From NCBI GenBank assembly GCA_963753435.1, contig CAVWCF010000001.1, forward strand, positions 1,600,001 to 1,664,000: 64,000 bases of DNA, written 5' to 3'. A program made the position numbers and the translations under genes. Source of the DNA: an uncultured Actinomycetota bacterium. GTDB taxonomy: Bacteria; Actinomycetota; Actinomycetes; CAVWCF01. The notes under the pieces are model-generated. The model was not told the DNA's origin and ran no database searches. It saw only the letters and a program-made list of their open reading frames with translations. The first letter of the stretch is position 1. Each line of letters begins with the position of its first letter. Positions 9,734 to 20,051 of the stretch are shown here, piece by piece.

Positions 9734-10483
9734 ATGACTACCGGCCCACTGATCCTGCTGCGTCACGGTCAGAGCGAGTGGAACGCCAAGAACCTGTTCA
9801 CCGGCTGGGTGGACGTGGACCTGTCCGAAACCGGCGAGGCCGAGGCGGTGCGCGGGGGGCAGTTGCTGGCCGAAGCCGGGCTCCTGCCGGACATGCTGCA
9901 CACCTCCCTGCTCAAGCGCGCCATCCGCACCGCGGAGTTGGCGCTGCACGCCTGCGACCGCCAGTGGATCCCCGTCATCCGCAACTGGCGGCTGAACGAG
10001 CGCCACTACGGGGCCCTGCAGGGCAAGGACAAGAAGGCGACGCTGGCGGAGTTCGGCGAGGAGCAGTTCATGATGTGGCGTCGTTCGTACGCCACCCCGC
10101 CACCGCCCATCGCGGCCGACGACCCGTACTCGCAGGCCGATGACCCCCGCTACGCCTTCTTGCCGACCGACGCACGTCCAGCCACCGAGTGCCTAGCGGA
10201 CGTGCTGCAACGCCTCGTTCCCTACTTCGAGGACGTCATCGCTCCGGACCTACGGGCCGGCAAGGTCACGCTGGTCACCGCGCACGGCAACTCACTGCGG
10301 GCGCTGGTGAAGCACCTGGACGGTTTGAGTGAGGACGAGGTGGTCGGGCTGAACATCCCGACCGGGATCCCGTTGGTCTATCGGCTCGACGAGGACCTGC
10401 GGCCCACGCGCAAGGGCGGGGAGTACCTGGATGCCGCGGCCGCTGCGGCCGCCATCGAAGCGGTGGCGAACCAGGGTCGCTAG
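9734..10483 (+). CDS. gpmA: 2,3-bisphosphoglycerate-dependent phosphoglycerate mutase
   Basis: [35 protein letters not shown]. Confidence 0.96.
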   Translation: MTTGPLILLRHGQSEWNAKNLFTGWVDVDLSETGEAEAVRGGQLLAEAGLLPDMLHTSLLKRAIRTAELALHACDRQWIPVIRNWRLNERHYGALQGKDKKATLAEFGEEQFMMWRRSYATPPPPIAADDPYSQADDPRYAFLPTDARPATECLADVLQRLVPYFEDVIAPDLRAGKVTLVTAHGNSLRALVKHLDGLSEDEVVGLNIPTGIPLVYRLDEDLRPTRKGGEYLDAAAAAAAIEAVANQGR

Positions 10484-10514
10484 GGGCCCAACCAACCGGG
10501 GTCGGTAGTCGCGG

Positions 10515-10655
10515 CTACTGCGGGGGCAGGATCGAGGACCCGTTGATCGTCCGGTCCACCGTGTCCCACATGCGCTTCACGCGGATGCGGTGAATCGCGT
10601 AGGCGCCGACAGCGACGACCAGCAAGGCGCCAATGATGATCAGGGCAGTGGTCAT
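10515..10655 (-). CDS. Small single-pass membrane protein (46 aa), not in ORF track
   Basis: MTTALIIIGALLVVAVGAYAIHRIRVKRMWDTVDRTINGSSILPPQ*; GGAGG RBS; hydrophobic stretch followed by basic residues. Confidence 0.6.
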   Translation of the reverse strand: MTTALIIIGALLVVAVGAYAIHRIRVKRMWDTVDRTINGSSILPPQ

Positions 10656-10759
10656 GCGGGTGCCTCCACGTGGTTGTGAGGGTCAACCGTAACCGCTGGC
10701 GGATCTGGGCGCCCAGCGCACTTTGCCCGGTTGTGTTCCGAATCCACCGCTGGTGCGGG

Positions 10760-11416
10760 TCAGACCACCTCGTGCACGCTGCGCTCGCCGGTGATCAGGA
10801 AGACCATCCGCTGCGACAGCGACTCGGCGTGGTCGGCGAAGCGCTCGTAGAAGCGGCTGAGCAGGGTCACGTTGACCGCCGTGTCCACCCCGTGACCCCA
10901 GTCCGAGGACAGCAGCGTTGTGAACATCTGCTTGTGCAGCTCGTCCATGCGGTCGTCGTCCTCGCGGATCTCCAGCACCAGGCCGAGCGAGCGGGTCTCC
11001 ACTACCTGCGCGACCTTGCCGACCATGCCTGTTGCCAGCGCTCCCATCGATCCGAACACCCCGGCCAGGTCGTCGGGGATGGCCGGCTCCGGGTAGGCGC
11101 GTCGAGCCGTCATGGCGATGTGCGAGGCCAGGTCGCCCATCCGCTCCAGGGTTTGCGACATCCGCAGTGCGGCCACGCACAGCCGTAGGTCGCTGGCCAC
11201 CGGCGCCTGCAGCGCCATGATGTCCAGGGCCTTTTCCTCCACCTTCTCGTGGAGGTCGTCCATGTCGGTGTCCAGGGCGATTACGGATTCGGCCATCTGG
11301 CGGTCGGCGCGCAGCAGCGACTCCGTGGCCTTCTCGATCATCTCCCCAGCGAGCCGGGACATGCGGACGAGGTCATCGGTGACCTCGGCCAGTGCTTCGA
11401 CGTAGTTCTCGCGCAT
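10760..11416 (-). CDS. phoU: Phosphate signaling complex protein PhoU
   Basis: ALQAPVASDLR, LERMGDLA.HIA, RFYERFADHA; AGGAGG RBS. Confidence 0.95.
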   Translation of the reverse strand: MRENYVEALAEVTDDLVRMSRLAGEMIEKATESLLRADRQMAESVIALDTDMDDLHEKVEEKALDIMALQAPVASDLRLCVAALRMSQTLERMGDLASHIAMTARRAYPEPAIPDDLAGVFGSMGALATGMVGKVAQVVETRSLGLVLEIREDDDRMDELHKQMFTTLLSSDWGHGVDTAVNVTLLSRFYERFADHAESLSQRMVFLITGERSVHEVV

Positions 11417-11478
11417 CCGATTGCCTCCTGAGCAGCGGGGCCAGCCTAGGCGCCCGGACGTGGAATGAGCGGCCGATG

Positions 11479-11518
11479 GGCGAACGTGAGGCGACGAACA
11501 GGTGAACGCTGGGTGACC
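11479..11518 (-). promoter_or_regulatory. PHO box: four 11-nt-spaced PhoP direct-repeat units
   Basis: Minus-strand heptamers GGTCACC, GTTCACC, CGTCGCC, GTTCGCC (plus-strand starts 11512, 11501, 11490, 11479) between divergent phoU and phoR. Confidence 0.75.
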
Positions 11519-11580
11519 ACTGCCCCCATCCGATGCCGAGCGGCCGATGAACCACGGGTGCCCGCCTAGCATTCACATCC

Positions 11581-12675
11581 ATGGGCGGGCATCCGGTCGA
11601 GAGCCGGGCTGACACGGCCGCCGTCGCAATCGACGGTGCTGCGGTGCTGGCTGCGCTGCCTGTGCCGTGGTTGGTCCTCGACCGCGACACGGTCACGCAC
11701 GTGAACGCTGCAGCGGTCGCGCTGGGGATAGTCCGCGACGGCGCGGTTCGACACGCACCCTTGTCCCGCGCGGCCCGCGCGGCCAGGCGCAGCGGCCAGG
11801 CAGTGGAAATCCCGCTGGAGGGTTCGAGTCGGACGCCGCTACCGGAGCACCTGTCGGCCCGTTGCGCGCCGCTTGGCCAGGATCTGGTGCTGGTACTGGT
11901 GTCGGATCGCTCCGAAGCGCATCGCGTCGACGATGTGCGCCGCGACTTCGTGGCCAACGTCAGCCACGAGTTGAAGACCCCGGTCGGTGCGCTGTCCCTA
12001 TTGGCGGAGGCGGTGACGGACGCCGCCGACGACCCCGAAGCAGTGCAGCGTTTCGCGAACCGAATGCAGACCGAAGCAAGTCGCCTGGCGCAATTGGTCA
12101 ACGAGTTGATCGACCTCTCGCGGCTGCAGGGCGACGACGCCTTGACTCATGCCCAGCCAGTTGCCGCTCGGGACGTTATCGCCGATGCCGTCGACCAGTG
12201 CCGGCTAACCGCGGCCGCTCGCGACATCGAGATCCTGAGCACCGGACAGACCGACGTGCGCCTCTTCGGTGATCGCGAACAGATGGTCATGGCGGTCCGC
12301 AACCTCGTGGACAACGCCGTCAAGTACTCCCCGGCCCGCACACGGGTCACGGTCTCGGTTCGGCGCGGCGGAGATCGAGCCGAAGTGTCTGTGACGGACC
12401 AGGGCATCGGTATCCCGGCCAAAGACACCCAGCGCATCTTCGAGCGGTTCTACCGGGTGGACCCGGCCAGATCCCGAGAGACCGGCGGGACGGGCCTGGG
12501 CTTGTCCATCGTCAAGCACATAGCCGCCAATCACGGCGGTGACGTCAAGGTGTGGAGCGTCGAAGGCGCCGGCTCCACGTTCACGGTCGGGCTGCCGATC
12601 GCCGACCCGATTTTCGGGAGTTGGCCCGGACCGGAGCCGACTAGTTCCGAACCGAACAGCGGAGCCGCTTCGTGA
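11581..12675 (+). CDS. phoR: Sensor histidine kinase PhoR/SenX3 (start uncertain)
   Basis: RRDFVANVSHELKTP, NLVDNAVKYS, DQGIGI, FERFYRVDPARSRETGGTGLGL. Confidence 0.92.
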   Translation: MGGHPVESRADTAAVAIDGAAVLAALPVPWLVLDRDTVTHVNAAAVALGIVRDGAVRHAPLSRAARAARRSGQAVEIPLEGSSRTPLPEHLSARCAPLGQDLVLVLVSDRSEAHRVDDVRRDFVANVSHELKTPVGALSLLAEAVTDAADDPEAVQRFANRMQTEASRLAQLVNELIDLSRLQGDDALTHAQPVAARDVIADAVDQCRLTAAARDIEILSTGQTDVRLFGDREQMVMAVRNLVDNAVKYSPARTRVTVSVRRGGDRAEVSVTDQGIGIPAKDTQRIFERFYRVDPARSRETGGTGLGLSIVKHIAANHGGDVKVWSVEGAGSTFTVGLPIADPIFGSWPGPEPTSSEPNSGAAS

Positions 12676-13355
12676 CCAGAGTGCTGGTGGTGGAGGACGA
12701 GGAGTCGTTCTCGGACGCGCTGTCCTACATGCTCCGCCGTGAAGGCTTCGAGGTCGCCATCGCCGCCACCGGCGACGATGCCATCGCGCAGTTCGACCGC
12801 GGTGGCGCCGACCTGGTGCTGCTGGACCTGATGCTGCCGGGCATCCCGGGGACGGAGGTCTGCCGGGCACTGCGCCAGCGCTCGAACGTCCCGGTGATCA
12901 TGCTCACGGCCAAGGACAGCGAGGTCGACAAGGTCGTGGGGTTGGAGCTGGGCGCTGACGACTACGTCACGAAGCCGTTCAGTTCCCGTGAGCTGGTTGC
13001 CCGCATCCGTGCGGTGCTGCGCCGCGGCGGCGACACCGAGGAACTCTTGCCCGGCACGATCGAAGCGGGACCGGTGCGCATGGACGTCGAACGACATGTC
13101 GTCACCGTTCGCGGCAATGAGGTCGCCATGCCGTTGAAGGAGTTCGACCTGCTGGAGATGCTGGTGCGCAACTCCGGTCGGGTGTTGACCCGCATGCAGA
13201 TCATCGACCGGGTCTGGGGTTCGGACTACGTCGGCGACACCAAGACGCTGGACGTGCACATCAAGCGGCTACGGGCGAAGTTGGAGACCGACCCCGCCCG
13301 GCCGGAGATGATCGTCACGGTGCGTGGGCTGGGCTACAAGTTCGAGGTCAACTAG
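12672..13355 (+). CDS. phoP: Response regulator PhoP/RegX3 (OmpR family)
   Basis: VLVVEDEES, LLDLMLPG, GADDYVTKPFS, DTKTLDVHIKRLRAK. Confidence 0.95.
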   Translation: MTRVLVVEDEESFSDALSYMLRREGFEVAIAATGDDAIAQFDRGGADLVLLDLMLPGIPGTEVCRALRQRSNVPVIMLTAKDSEVDKVVGLELGADDYVTKPFSSRELVARIRAVLRRGGDTEELLPGTIEAGPVRMDVERHVVTVRGNEVAMPLKEFDLLEMLVRNSGRVLTRMQIIDRVWGSDYVGDTKTLDVHIKRLRAKLETDPARPEMIVTVRGLGYKFEVN

Positions 13356-13369
13356 CCCGGATCGGCAGA

Positions 13370-13897
13370 TCAGGGCGTCTCGACCTCCGCCAACGCCTCT
13401 TCGAGTTCGGGGTAGTACGCAACCGGCACCACGGGCACCTCGACCTCGATCAAACCGGCCGTCTCGAACGAGAACGCCACGTCCGCGAAGGCACCGACGG
13501 GCACCTGCATGCCCGCAACCGTCAGCTGGTCCGCACCGTCGACTCCGCCCAGAACTGCTACGCCGCCGGGCTGGATTTCCAGCGGCGTTCCCGAAACCGG
13601 CCCGGAGCGGTCCACAGCGATGGCCTCCAGCACGTCGCCCTGGGCCTTGGCCTCCGGGTCCTCGACGTTGCTCGGCCCGGTGTCGATGACGTTGCCGACC
13701 AGCAGGGCGGGACCGCCGGTCTCCGCACCGGCGATCAGCGCGAGGCCGCGCAGGTCCAGGTCGCCGACGGTCGCGTTGACCGCGTTGGCCGGCGTGTACG
13801 GCTGCGATGTTTGCGCGTCGACGCCGGTCCAGCACCCGGCGAGTCCCAGCGACGACACCGCCACGATCAGGGCGAGGTGACGGGTTGTACGGGGCAC
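13370..13897 (-). CDS. Lipoprotein (LpqE/DUF461-like)
   Basis: Lipobox LAGC after a hydrophobic signal; AGGAGG RBS before GTG; position between phoP and carD. Confidence 0.75.
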   Translation of the reverse strand: MPRTTRHLALIVAVSSLGLAGCWTGVDAQTSQPYTPANAVNATVGDLDLRGLALIAGAETGGPALLVGNVIDTGPSNVEDPEAKAQGDVLEAIAVDRSGPVSGTPLEIQPGGVAVLGGVDGADQLTVAGMQVPVGAFADVAFSFETAGLIEVEVPVVPVAYYPELEEALAEVETP

Positions 13898-13977
13898 GGC
13901 AGTCCTCCTAGCGGTCGGCCGCAGGGTACCGGGGCGCAGGCGCCGGCCGGGGTCAAGGCCGGGAAGTGCCCAGGAGT

Positions 13978-14658
13978 TCAGGCCCGCGCGCCCGGCTCGG
14001 CCAACACCGCCAGGGCGGATTCGAGTCGCGAGTCCGGCCGGACGTCGGGAACGACGGAGGCGATGACGCCGTCGGTGTGAACGGCTACGACCGTCAAACC
14101 GGAGGCGGCTACCGCCGAAGCGATTACGTCGTCGGCGTCGACGGCCACCGTCGCGGCGAGCCCGGCGGCGGTCCGGTCCAGTTCCCGCAGTTGCAGCGCA
14201 TCTGCGCCGACCAGGACCGTGGGTAGCCGGAACCCTGCCGCTTGAACGTAGATCGCTCGGACAGTTTCGGCGCAGTCGGCACATTCGGCGGGCACGACGA
14301 CCAGAACCGCCGGACGCAAGTCGGTGGCGCGGATCGGCAGGTTGTTTACCTCTACCTCGACGGCGGGCAGCAGGCCGCCGACCTGCCCCGGCTGCACAGC
14401 CGGCTGGGCCAACTCAGTCGGTGCCGGTCCGATCGCCGGTCGCGGCCCGAGTAGCAGCAACAGCGCCCCGAAGCCGGCGACCACGGCGAGCACCGTCGTA
14501 ACCAGCGGACCGGACAAGCCGTAGCGGACCCAGCGGCGAGTGCGCATCCACCCCGGCATCCAGCCGGACGACTGCTCGCGCAAATACGCCAATCGATCCG
14601 GATCGAGTTCGCGAGCATCGTCGGGTATCCGCGACGATGGGTCTCCAGGCGAGGTCAC
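13978..14658 (-). CDS. Membrane-anchored protein with thioredoxin-like CxxC domain
   Basis: One TM helix, then [12 protein letters not shown] pattern. Confidence 0.6.
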   Translation of the reverse strand: MTSPGDPSSRIPDDARELDPDRLAYLREQSSGWMPGWMRTRRWVRYGLSGPLVTTVLAVVAGFGALLLLLGPRPAIGPAPTELAQPAVQPGQVGGLLPAVEVEVNNLPIRATDLRPAVLVVVPAECADCAETVRAIYVQAAGFRLPTVLVGADALQLRELDRTAAGLAATVAVDADDVIASAVAASGLTVVAVHTDGVIASVVPDVRPDSRLESALAVLAEPGARA

Positions 14659-14784
14659 AACACGAGTCTGCGTCAGATGTCAACCCCTTCGCATCCCGGG
14701 CAACCGGTCGCTGACCAGCACAAACGGCCGATTCCTCGACTTTGGCGCGTGTTACCCTTATCGCTCAGGAAGGGGCTCAACTTC

Positions 14785-15267
14785 ATGGTTTTCAAGGTCG
14801 GTGAGACAGTCGTCTACCCCCACCACGGTGCGGCAAAAATCGAGGCCATCGAAACGCGAGTGATCAAGGGCGAGGAGCGGCAGTACCTGGTCCTTAAGGT
14901 GCAGCAAGGCGATCTCACCGTCCGGGTCCCTGCGGATAACGCCGAGTACGTCGGTGTCCGCGATGTGGTCGGCGCTGAGGGCCTGGAGCGCGTCTTCGAC
15001 GTGCTGCGCCAGCCCTACACCGAGGAGCCCACCAACTGGTCGCGCCGCTACAAGGCGAACCTTGAGAAGATCGCCAGTGGCGACGTGATCAAGGTTGCCG
15101 AAGTTGTCCGTGACCTGTGGCGTCGCGAGCGCGAGCGTGGCCTGTCCGCCGGCGAGAAGCGCATGCTGGCCAAGGCCCGGCAGATCCTGGTTTCGGAGTT
15201 GGCGTTGGCTGAGAAGACCAACGAGGACAAGGCCGAGGCCATGCTGGACGAGGTCCTCGCCTCCTGA
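14785..15267 (+). CDS. carD: CarD transcriptional regulator
   Basis: [30 protein letters not shown]. Confidence 0.97.
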   Translation: MVFKVGETVVYPHHGAAKIEAIETRVIKGEERQYLVLKVQQGDLTVRVPADNAEYVGVRDVVGAEGLERVFDVLRQPYTEEPTNWSRRYKANLEKIASGDVIKVAEVVRDLWRRERERGLSAGEKRMLAKARQILVSELALAEKTNEDKAEAMLDEVLAS

Positions 15268-15274
15268 AGCCGTT

Positions 15275-15979
15275 GTGACCGTCGGTGCGGTCGTCCCCGC
15301 GGCGGGACGCGGGGAGCGGCTAGGCCCTGGGGAACCGAAGGCACTGCGCGAAATCGGCGGCGCCCCACTGCTCGTCCTGGCGGTTGGGGCACTCCTGTCC
15401 TCCTCGACGGTTCGTCACGTGGTGGTCGCCGCACCCCCCGATTCCGTGGCTCAGACGCGGGCCCTGCTAGCACCCTTGCTCGGCGGCCGAGGCGCAGATG
15501 TGGATGTGGTCCCCGGTGGTGCGACCCGAACTCAGTCGGTCGCGCTGGCATTGGATGCGCTCCCGCAGGACGTGGACATCGTTCTGGTTCACGACGCGGC
15601 CCGTCCGTTGGTTCCGGTGTCGGTGATCGACCGCGTGGTGGCCGCGGTTCGGTCTGGTGCCGAGGCCGTGGTTCCAGCGGTGCCGATCCCGGACACGGTC
15701 CGGCAGGTCGACCTCACCGGACGGGTGGAGGCCACCCTGGATCGGGATTCGTTGCGGGCGGTGCAGACACCACAGGGATTCACGCGGGCGACGCTGGCCA
15801 AGGCGTACGCCGATGACCCGGAGCCGAGCAGCGATGACGCCGGGTTGGTGGAGCGCCTTGGCGTGCCGGTGGTTGTGGTGCCCGGTCATGAGGAAGCCTT
15901 CAAGGTGACACGTCCGCTGGACCTGCAGTTGGCGGAAACAGTGATCGCCCGCCGCCGCGCCCGCGGGGAGCACTTGTGA
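15275..15979 (+). CDS. ispD: 2-C-methyl-D-erythritol 4-phosphate cytidylyltransferase
   Basis: [25 protein letters not shown]. Confidence 0.94.
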   Translation: MTVGAVVPAAGRGERLGPGEPKALREIGGAPLLVLAVGALLSSSTVRHVVVAAPPDSVAQTRALLAPLLGGRGADVDVVPGGATRTQSVALALDALPQDVDIVLVHDAARPLVPVSVIDRVVAAVRSGAEAVVPAVPIPDTVRQVDLTGRVEATLDRDSLRAVQTPQGFTRATLAKAYADDPEPSSDDAGLVERLGVPVVVVPGHEEAFKVTRPLDLQLAETVIARRRARGEHL

Positions 15980-16449
15980 CTCCTCGAGTTGGCATCGGTG
16001 TGGACGTGCACCGGCTGGTACCGGGGCGCCAGATGCGCATCGCCACGCTCGACTGGCCCGGGTACGACGTGGGTCCGGACGGGCACTCCGACGCTGACGT
16101 AGCCGCGCACGCGATCTGTGACGCCCTCCTGTCGGCGGCTGGTCTCGGTGACCTGGGGTCGGTATTCGGCGTCGACGACCCGAAGTGGGCGGCCGCTCCG
16201 GGGGCACAGTTGCTCGCCGAGGTCGGCCGCTTGGTGGGCGCTGCTGGATTCACCGTCGGCAACGTGGCAGTGCAATTGATCGGAAACGTGCCCAAGCTGG
16301 CACCGCGGCGGGCCGAAGCTGAAGCGGCCCTGGCGGCCATAGTCGGCGGGCCGGTCTCGGTGTCGGCCACCACCACGGACGGACTCGGCCTTACCGGCCG
16401 CGGTGAGGGAATCGCAGCTGTTGCCACCGCGTTGCTGCTGGGTGACTGA
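15976..16449 (+). CDS. ispF: 2-C-methyl-D-erythritol 2,4-cyclodiphosphate synthase
   Basis: [32 protein letters not shown]. Confidence 0.95.
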   Translation: MTPRVGIGVDVHRLVPGRQMRIATLDWPGYDVGPDGHSDADVAAHAICDALLSAAGLGDLGSVFGVDDPKWAAAPGAQLLAEVGRLVGAAGFTVGNVAVQLIGNVPKLAPRRAEAEAALAAIVGGPVSVSATTTDGLGLTGRGEGIAAVATALLLGD

Positions 16450-16494
16450 CCGCCAAGCGCGTTTCGTGACTGAAACGGCGCCATCAACCTGGAG

Positions 16495-16899
16495 ATGGAC
16501 CCAGTGACCGAGTTGCCGCCACTTGCCCGTGACCTCCTGGACGCACCGGAGTTCGCGACCGTCGCCACCCTCGAGCCCGACGGGCGTCCGCAGTTGAGTG
16601 TGGTTTGGGCCACTCGGGACGGTGACGACGTCCTCTTCTCCACGGTGATGGGTCGACGCAAGCACACGAATCTGACGCGCGACCCCCGAGCGACCTTGCT
16701 GATCTACCCGGCGGACCGCCCGTATCAGTACGTGGAGGTGCGCGGCAGCGTCACGATGACCACTGACGGGGGCCGCGAACTCATCGACGCGCTCGCTCGG
16801 CAGTACCGCGGCTGGGAGCGATACCCCGCTGACGACGGCACCGACAACGTGCGGGTCGTGGTTCGGATCACCCCGGAACGCGTAGTGGTGCGCGGCTGA
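16495..16899 (+). CDS. PPOX-class F420-dependent oxidoreductase
   Basis: [28 protein letters not shown]. Confidence 0.85.
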   Translation: MDPVTELPPLARDLLDAPEFATVATLEPDGRPQLSVVWATRDGDDVLFSTVMGRRKHTNLTRDPRATLLIYPADRPYQYVEVRGSVTMTTDGGRELIDALARQYRGWERYPADDGTDNVRVVVRITPERVVVRG

Positions 16900-16916
16900 C
16901 CCGTAGCCTGCGCTCC

Positions 16917-18329
16917 GTGGCCCTGAAGCTCTACGACACCGGCACCAGGCAGGTGCGCGACTTCGTGCCGCTGCAGGAGGGTCGGGTCGGCATCTACCTG
17001 TGCGGTGCGACCGTTCAGGCGCCGCCGCACGTCGGGCACATCCGATCGGGGCTCGCCTTCGACGTGTTGCGGCGGTGGCTGGAGACCAGCGGGTACGACG
17101 TGACCTTCGTGCGCAACGTCACCGACATCGACGACAAGATCCTGCACAACGCCGGACATGAGGGCATCCCCTACTGGGCCTTGGCGATGCGCAACGAACG
17201 CGCATTCACCTGGGCCTACGACGTGCTGGGCTGCCTGCCGCCGACCTACGAGCCGCGCGCAACCGGCCACGTGCCGGAGATGATCGAGTTGATGCAGCGG
17301 CTACTGGACGCCGGGCACGCGTACCCGGCCAACGGTGACGTGTACTTCGACATCCGGTCCTTCAAGGCGTACGGGTCCTTGTCGGGGCAGAACCCCGACG
17401 ACATGCTCGCTGCCACCGACTCCGACGCGGCGATCAAGCGCGACCCGCGCGACTTCGCGCTCTGGAAGGGCGCCAGTACCGACGAACCGCACTGGGCGAC
17501 CCCGTGGGGACCGGGCCGGCCCGGGTGGCACCTGGAGTGCTCGGCGATGGCCCGGCGGTACCTGGGGTCCGAGTTCGACATCCACGGCGGCGGCATGGAC
17601 CTGCTGTTCCCGCACCACGAAAACGAAGTGGCGCAATCGGTCGCGGCCGGCGACGGTTTCGCCCGGTACTGGCTGCATAACGCCTGGGTCACCACCGCCG
17701 GGGAGAAGATGAGCAAATCCCTGGGCAACTCGCTGCTGGTCCACGAGGTGGTAAAGCGGGTGCGCCCGATCGAGCTGCGCTACTACCTGGTGGGCGCGCA
17801 CTACCGCAGCCACCTGGAGTACTCCGAGGACGCCTTGACGGAGGCTGCGGTCGGCTTCCGCCGGTTGGAGGGGTTCCTGCGCCGGGTCGCGGAGCAGTCC
17901 GGAGTCCCGGAACCGTCGGTGGCGTGCGCGGACTTCGTCGCGGCCATGGACGACGACATCGGGGTCCCCGCCGCCTTGGCGGCCATCCACGAGGTGGTGC
18001 GCGAAGGAAACCGCGCCCACGACGCCGGTGACGACGCCACGGCGCATGGGGCCGCCGCCTCGGTTCGGTCAATGCTGGCCGTGCTGGGGTTGGACCCCTT
18101 CGCCCAACCGTGGGTTGGCGAATCCGACTCGGACGAGGCCGCGCGGCTGCGCACGGCATTGGACGCGTTGGTTCAGGACCGTCTCGCTGAGCGGCAGGAG
18201 GCCCGAGTGGCCAAGGATTTTGAGCGCGCCGATGCCATCCGCGCGGGTTTGGCGGCGGCCGGCGTGGAAGTAGCCGACGCCGCCGGTGGGGCTACGTGGA
18301 CGTTGGGTGGGGCCGGACATGCCCGGTAA
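16917..18329 (+). CDS. cysS: Cysteine--tRNA ligase
   Basis: [31 protein letters not shown]. Confidence 0.97.
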   Translation: MALKLYDTGTRQVRDFVPLQEGRVGIYLCGATVQAPPHVGHIRSGLAFDVLRRWLETSGYDVTFVRNVTDIDDKILHNAGHEGIPYWALAMRNERAFTWAYDVLGCLPPTYEPRATGHVPEMIELMQRLLDAGHAYPANGDVYFDIRSFKAYGSLSGQNPDDMLAATDSDAAIKRDPRDFALWKGASTDEPHWATPWGPGRPGWHLECSAMARRYLGSEFDIHGGGMDLLFPHHENEVAQSVAAGDGFARYWLHNAWVTTAGEKMSKSLGNSLLVHEVVKRVRPIELRYYLVGAHYRSHLEYSEDALTEAAVGFRRLEGFLRRVAEQSGVPEPSVACADFVAAMDDDIGVPAALAAIHEVVREGNRAHDAGDDATAHGAAASVRSMLAVLGLDPFAQPWVGESDSDEAARLRTALDALVQDRLAERQEARVAKDFERADAIRAGLAAAGVEVADAAGGATWTLGGAGHAR

Positions 18330-19254
18330 CTCCCGCCGCCGCGGCGCCATGCGCAAGTCCGGTAGCAAGAAGGGACCCACGACCGGCTCGGGCGGTCAGC
18401 GGCGCAAGGGGCTGCAGGGGCGTGGCCCAACGCCGAAAGCCACGGAACGGACCAGCCACCCGGCCGCGCGGCGGGCGCGGCGGGCAGCCAAGCCCGACGC
18501 GAACCCGCGACCGGCTGCGGACGTCGTCGCGGGACGCAACGCCGTGTACGAAGTGCTGCAGGCGGGTGCGCCGGTAACCGCGGTCTACGTCGCGGTGGGT
18601 GTCGAGATGGACCAGCGGGTCCGCGAGATCGTGAGCATCGCCGGCAAGACCGGCCTGCCCTTGTTGGAGACGCCGCGGGCGGAGTTGGACCGGGTGACCG
18701 GTGGGGCGGTCCACCAAGGGGTCGCGGTCCGGTTGCCCGAGTACGAGTACGCCCACCCCGACGACCTCATCGGTACCGACGCAGTCGACGCGGACCTGAT
18801 CGTCGCTCTGGACGGCGTCAAGGACCCCCGAAACCTTGGCGCGGTCGTGCGATCAGCCGCGGCGTTCGGTGCCAGCGGCGTGGTGGTGCCGACTCGTCGC
18901 GCCGCGCCGGTGACGGCGGTGGCGTGGAAGACCTCGGCCGGCGCCTTGGCTCGAGTTCCGGTGGCCCGGGCGACGAACCTGGCTCGCCAGCTGGCCGAAT
19001 ACCAACAGGCCGGGCTGTTCGTAGCCGGCCTGGCCGCCGACGGTGAGGTCGACCTGGCCGAGTTCGAGCTTTCCACCGAGCCCTTGGTGCTGGTGGTCGG
19101 CAGCGAGGGTGAGGGGATGAGTCGGCTGGTTGCGGAGACATGTGACGTGCGCGTGCGCATCCCGATGGCCGACGCGGCGGAATCGCTGAACGCCGGAGTG
19201 GCGGCGGGCATCGCTCTGCACGCCATCGCGGCCCACCGAGCCGCCCACCGCTGA
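18319..19254 (+). CDS. rlmB: 23S rRNA (Gm2251) 2'-O-methyltransferase
   Basis: DPRNLGA..RSA, GSEG.G, ESLNA SPOUT motifs; follows cysS. Confidence 0.92.
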   Translation: MPGNSRRRGAMRKSGSKKGPTTGSGGQRRKGLQGRGPTPKATERTSHPAARRARRAAKPDANPRPAADVVAGRNAVYEVLQAGAPVTAVYVAVGVEMDQRVREIVSIAGKTGLPLLETPRAELDRVTGGAVHQGVAVRLPEYEYAHPDDLIGTDAVDADLIVALDGVKDPRNLGAVVRSAAAFGASGVVVPTRRAAPVTAVAWKTSAGALARVPVARATNLARQLAEYQQAGLFVAGLAADGEVDLAEFELSTEPLVLVVGSEGEGMSRLVAETCDVRVRIPMADAAESLNAGVAAGIALHAIAAHRAAHR

Positions 19255-19290
19255 CCCCTTGAATGCGGCTCTCTGGCGAATAGGCCGCTG
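19255..19290. repeat. Dispersed repeat family, copy 1 (single arm)
   Basis: ccccttgaatgcggctctctggcgaataggccg, near-identical to arms at 19963-20019 and 52346-52472. Confidence 0.8.
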
Positions 19291-19301
19291 TTCCGCCGGG
19301 G

Positions 19302-19835
19302 TCATCCACGCATCGCGGCAGTGGCCGCGGCGGTTCCCCACTTCTCGGCGCGCTCCAACTCGCCATCGCGCAGCGGTCCGTCCTGCCCCTCGATGTAGAA
19401 GCCTTCCGGTTCTGCGACAAGCGTGAATCCGTGGCGGTGCAACCGCTTCGCGATCCCTTTGGCCGCGCCACCGGCCATGCGCATGTCGGCGCGGGTGTCG
19501 AAAGCGGCCGCGCGGCCGGCCGAGGCCGATAGCGCGTCAAACCAGTCGCGCAGCCCGGGGCCTTCGGCATCAGGGTCCAAGTGATCCTCGTGCCCGGACT
19601 CGCGCGCATCGCGAATAGCGCCGCTACGGGTCATCCCGCGAGACAACCCCCGAACGTGGGTCGGGCCGCCGACGATCAGCAGATCCGTGCCGGCAGTCGC
19701 GTCCGCGGTCGCCTCGGCAACCGGCAACACGGACAACTCCCCCTGGCTGTCGACCGCCGCCACGCCCCGGCCAATCGCGTCCGCCACCTTGTGCGTGTTG
19801 CCGAAAACGCTCTCGTAAACGACGAGGGTCTTCAT
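19302..19835 (-). CDS. Flavodoxin family protein
   Basis: MKTLVVYESVFGNT, IVGGPTH, AAAFDTR, GELERA..WG. Confidence 0.88.
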   Translation of the reverse strand: MKTLVVYESVFGNTHKVADAIGRGVAAVDSQGELSVLPVAEATADATAGTDLLIVGGPTHVRGLSRGMTRSGAIRDARESGHEDHLDPDAEGPGLRDWFDALSASAGRAAAFDTRADMRMAGGAAKGIAKRLHRHGFTLVAEPEGFYIEGQDGPLRDGELERAEKWGTAAATAAMRG

Positions 19836-19962
19836 GATCGGCACCTCTCCGGTCAATCCCCGCGGTTTCAGCGTGGTGCCTGTTGCGTTGGAGCGCGAGG
19901 GTCGGTCGTCCCACAATGGGCCGGAGTGGACCTCCTGCAGGTCGACTGGACCTGACCGCTCG

Positions 19963-20019
19963 CCCCCTTGAATGCCGCTTTCCGGCCGTCTATTCGTCGG
20001 AAAGCCGCATTCAAGGGGG
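19963..20019. repeat. Dispersed repeat family, copy 2 (57-bp imperfect palindrome)
   Basis: cccccttgaatgccgctttccg ... cggaaagccgcattcaaggggg. Confidence 0.85.
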
Positions 20020-20051
20020 TTCGAAAGGCTTGGGGGCGGCATGCTTCGGTC

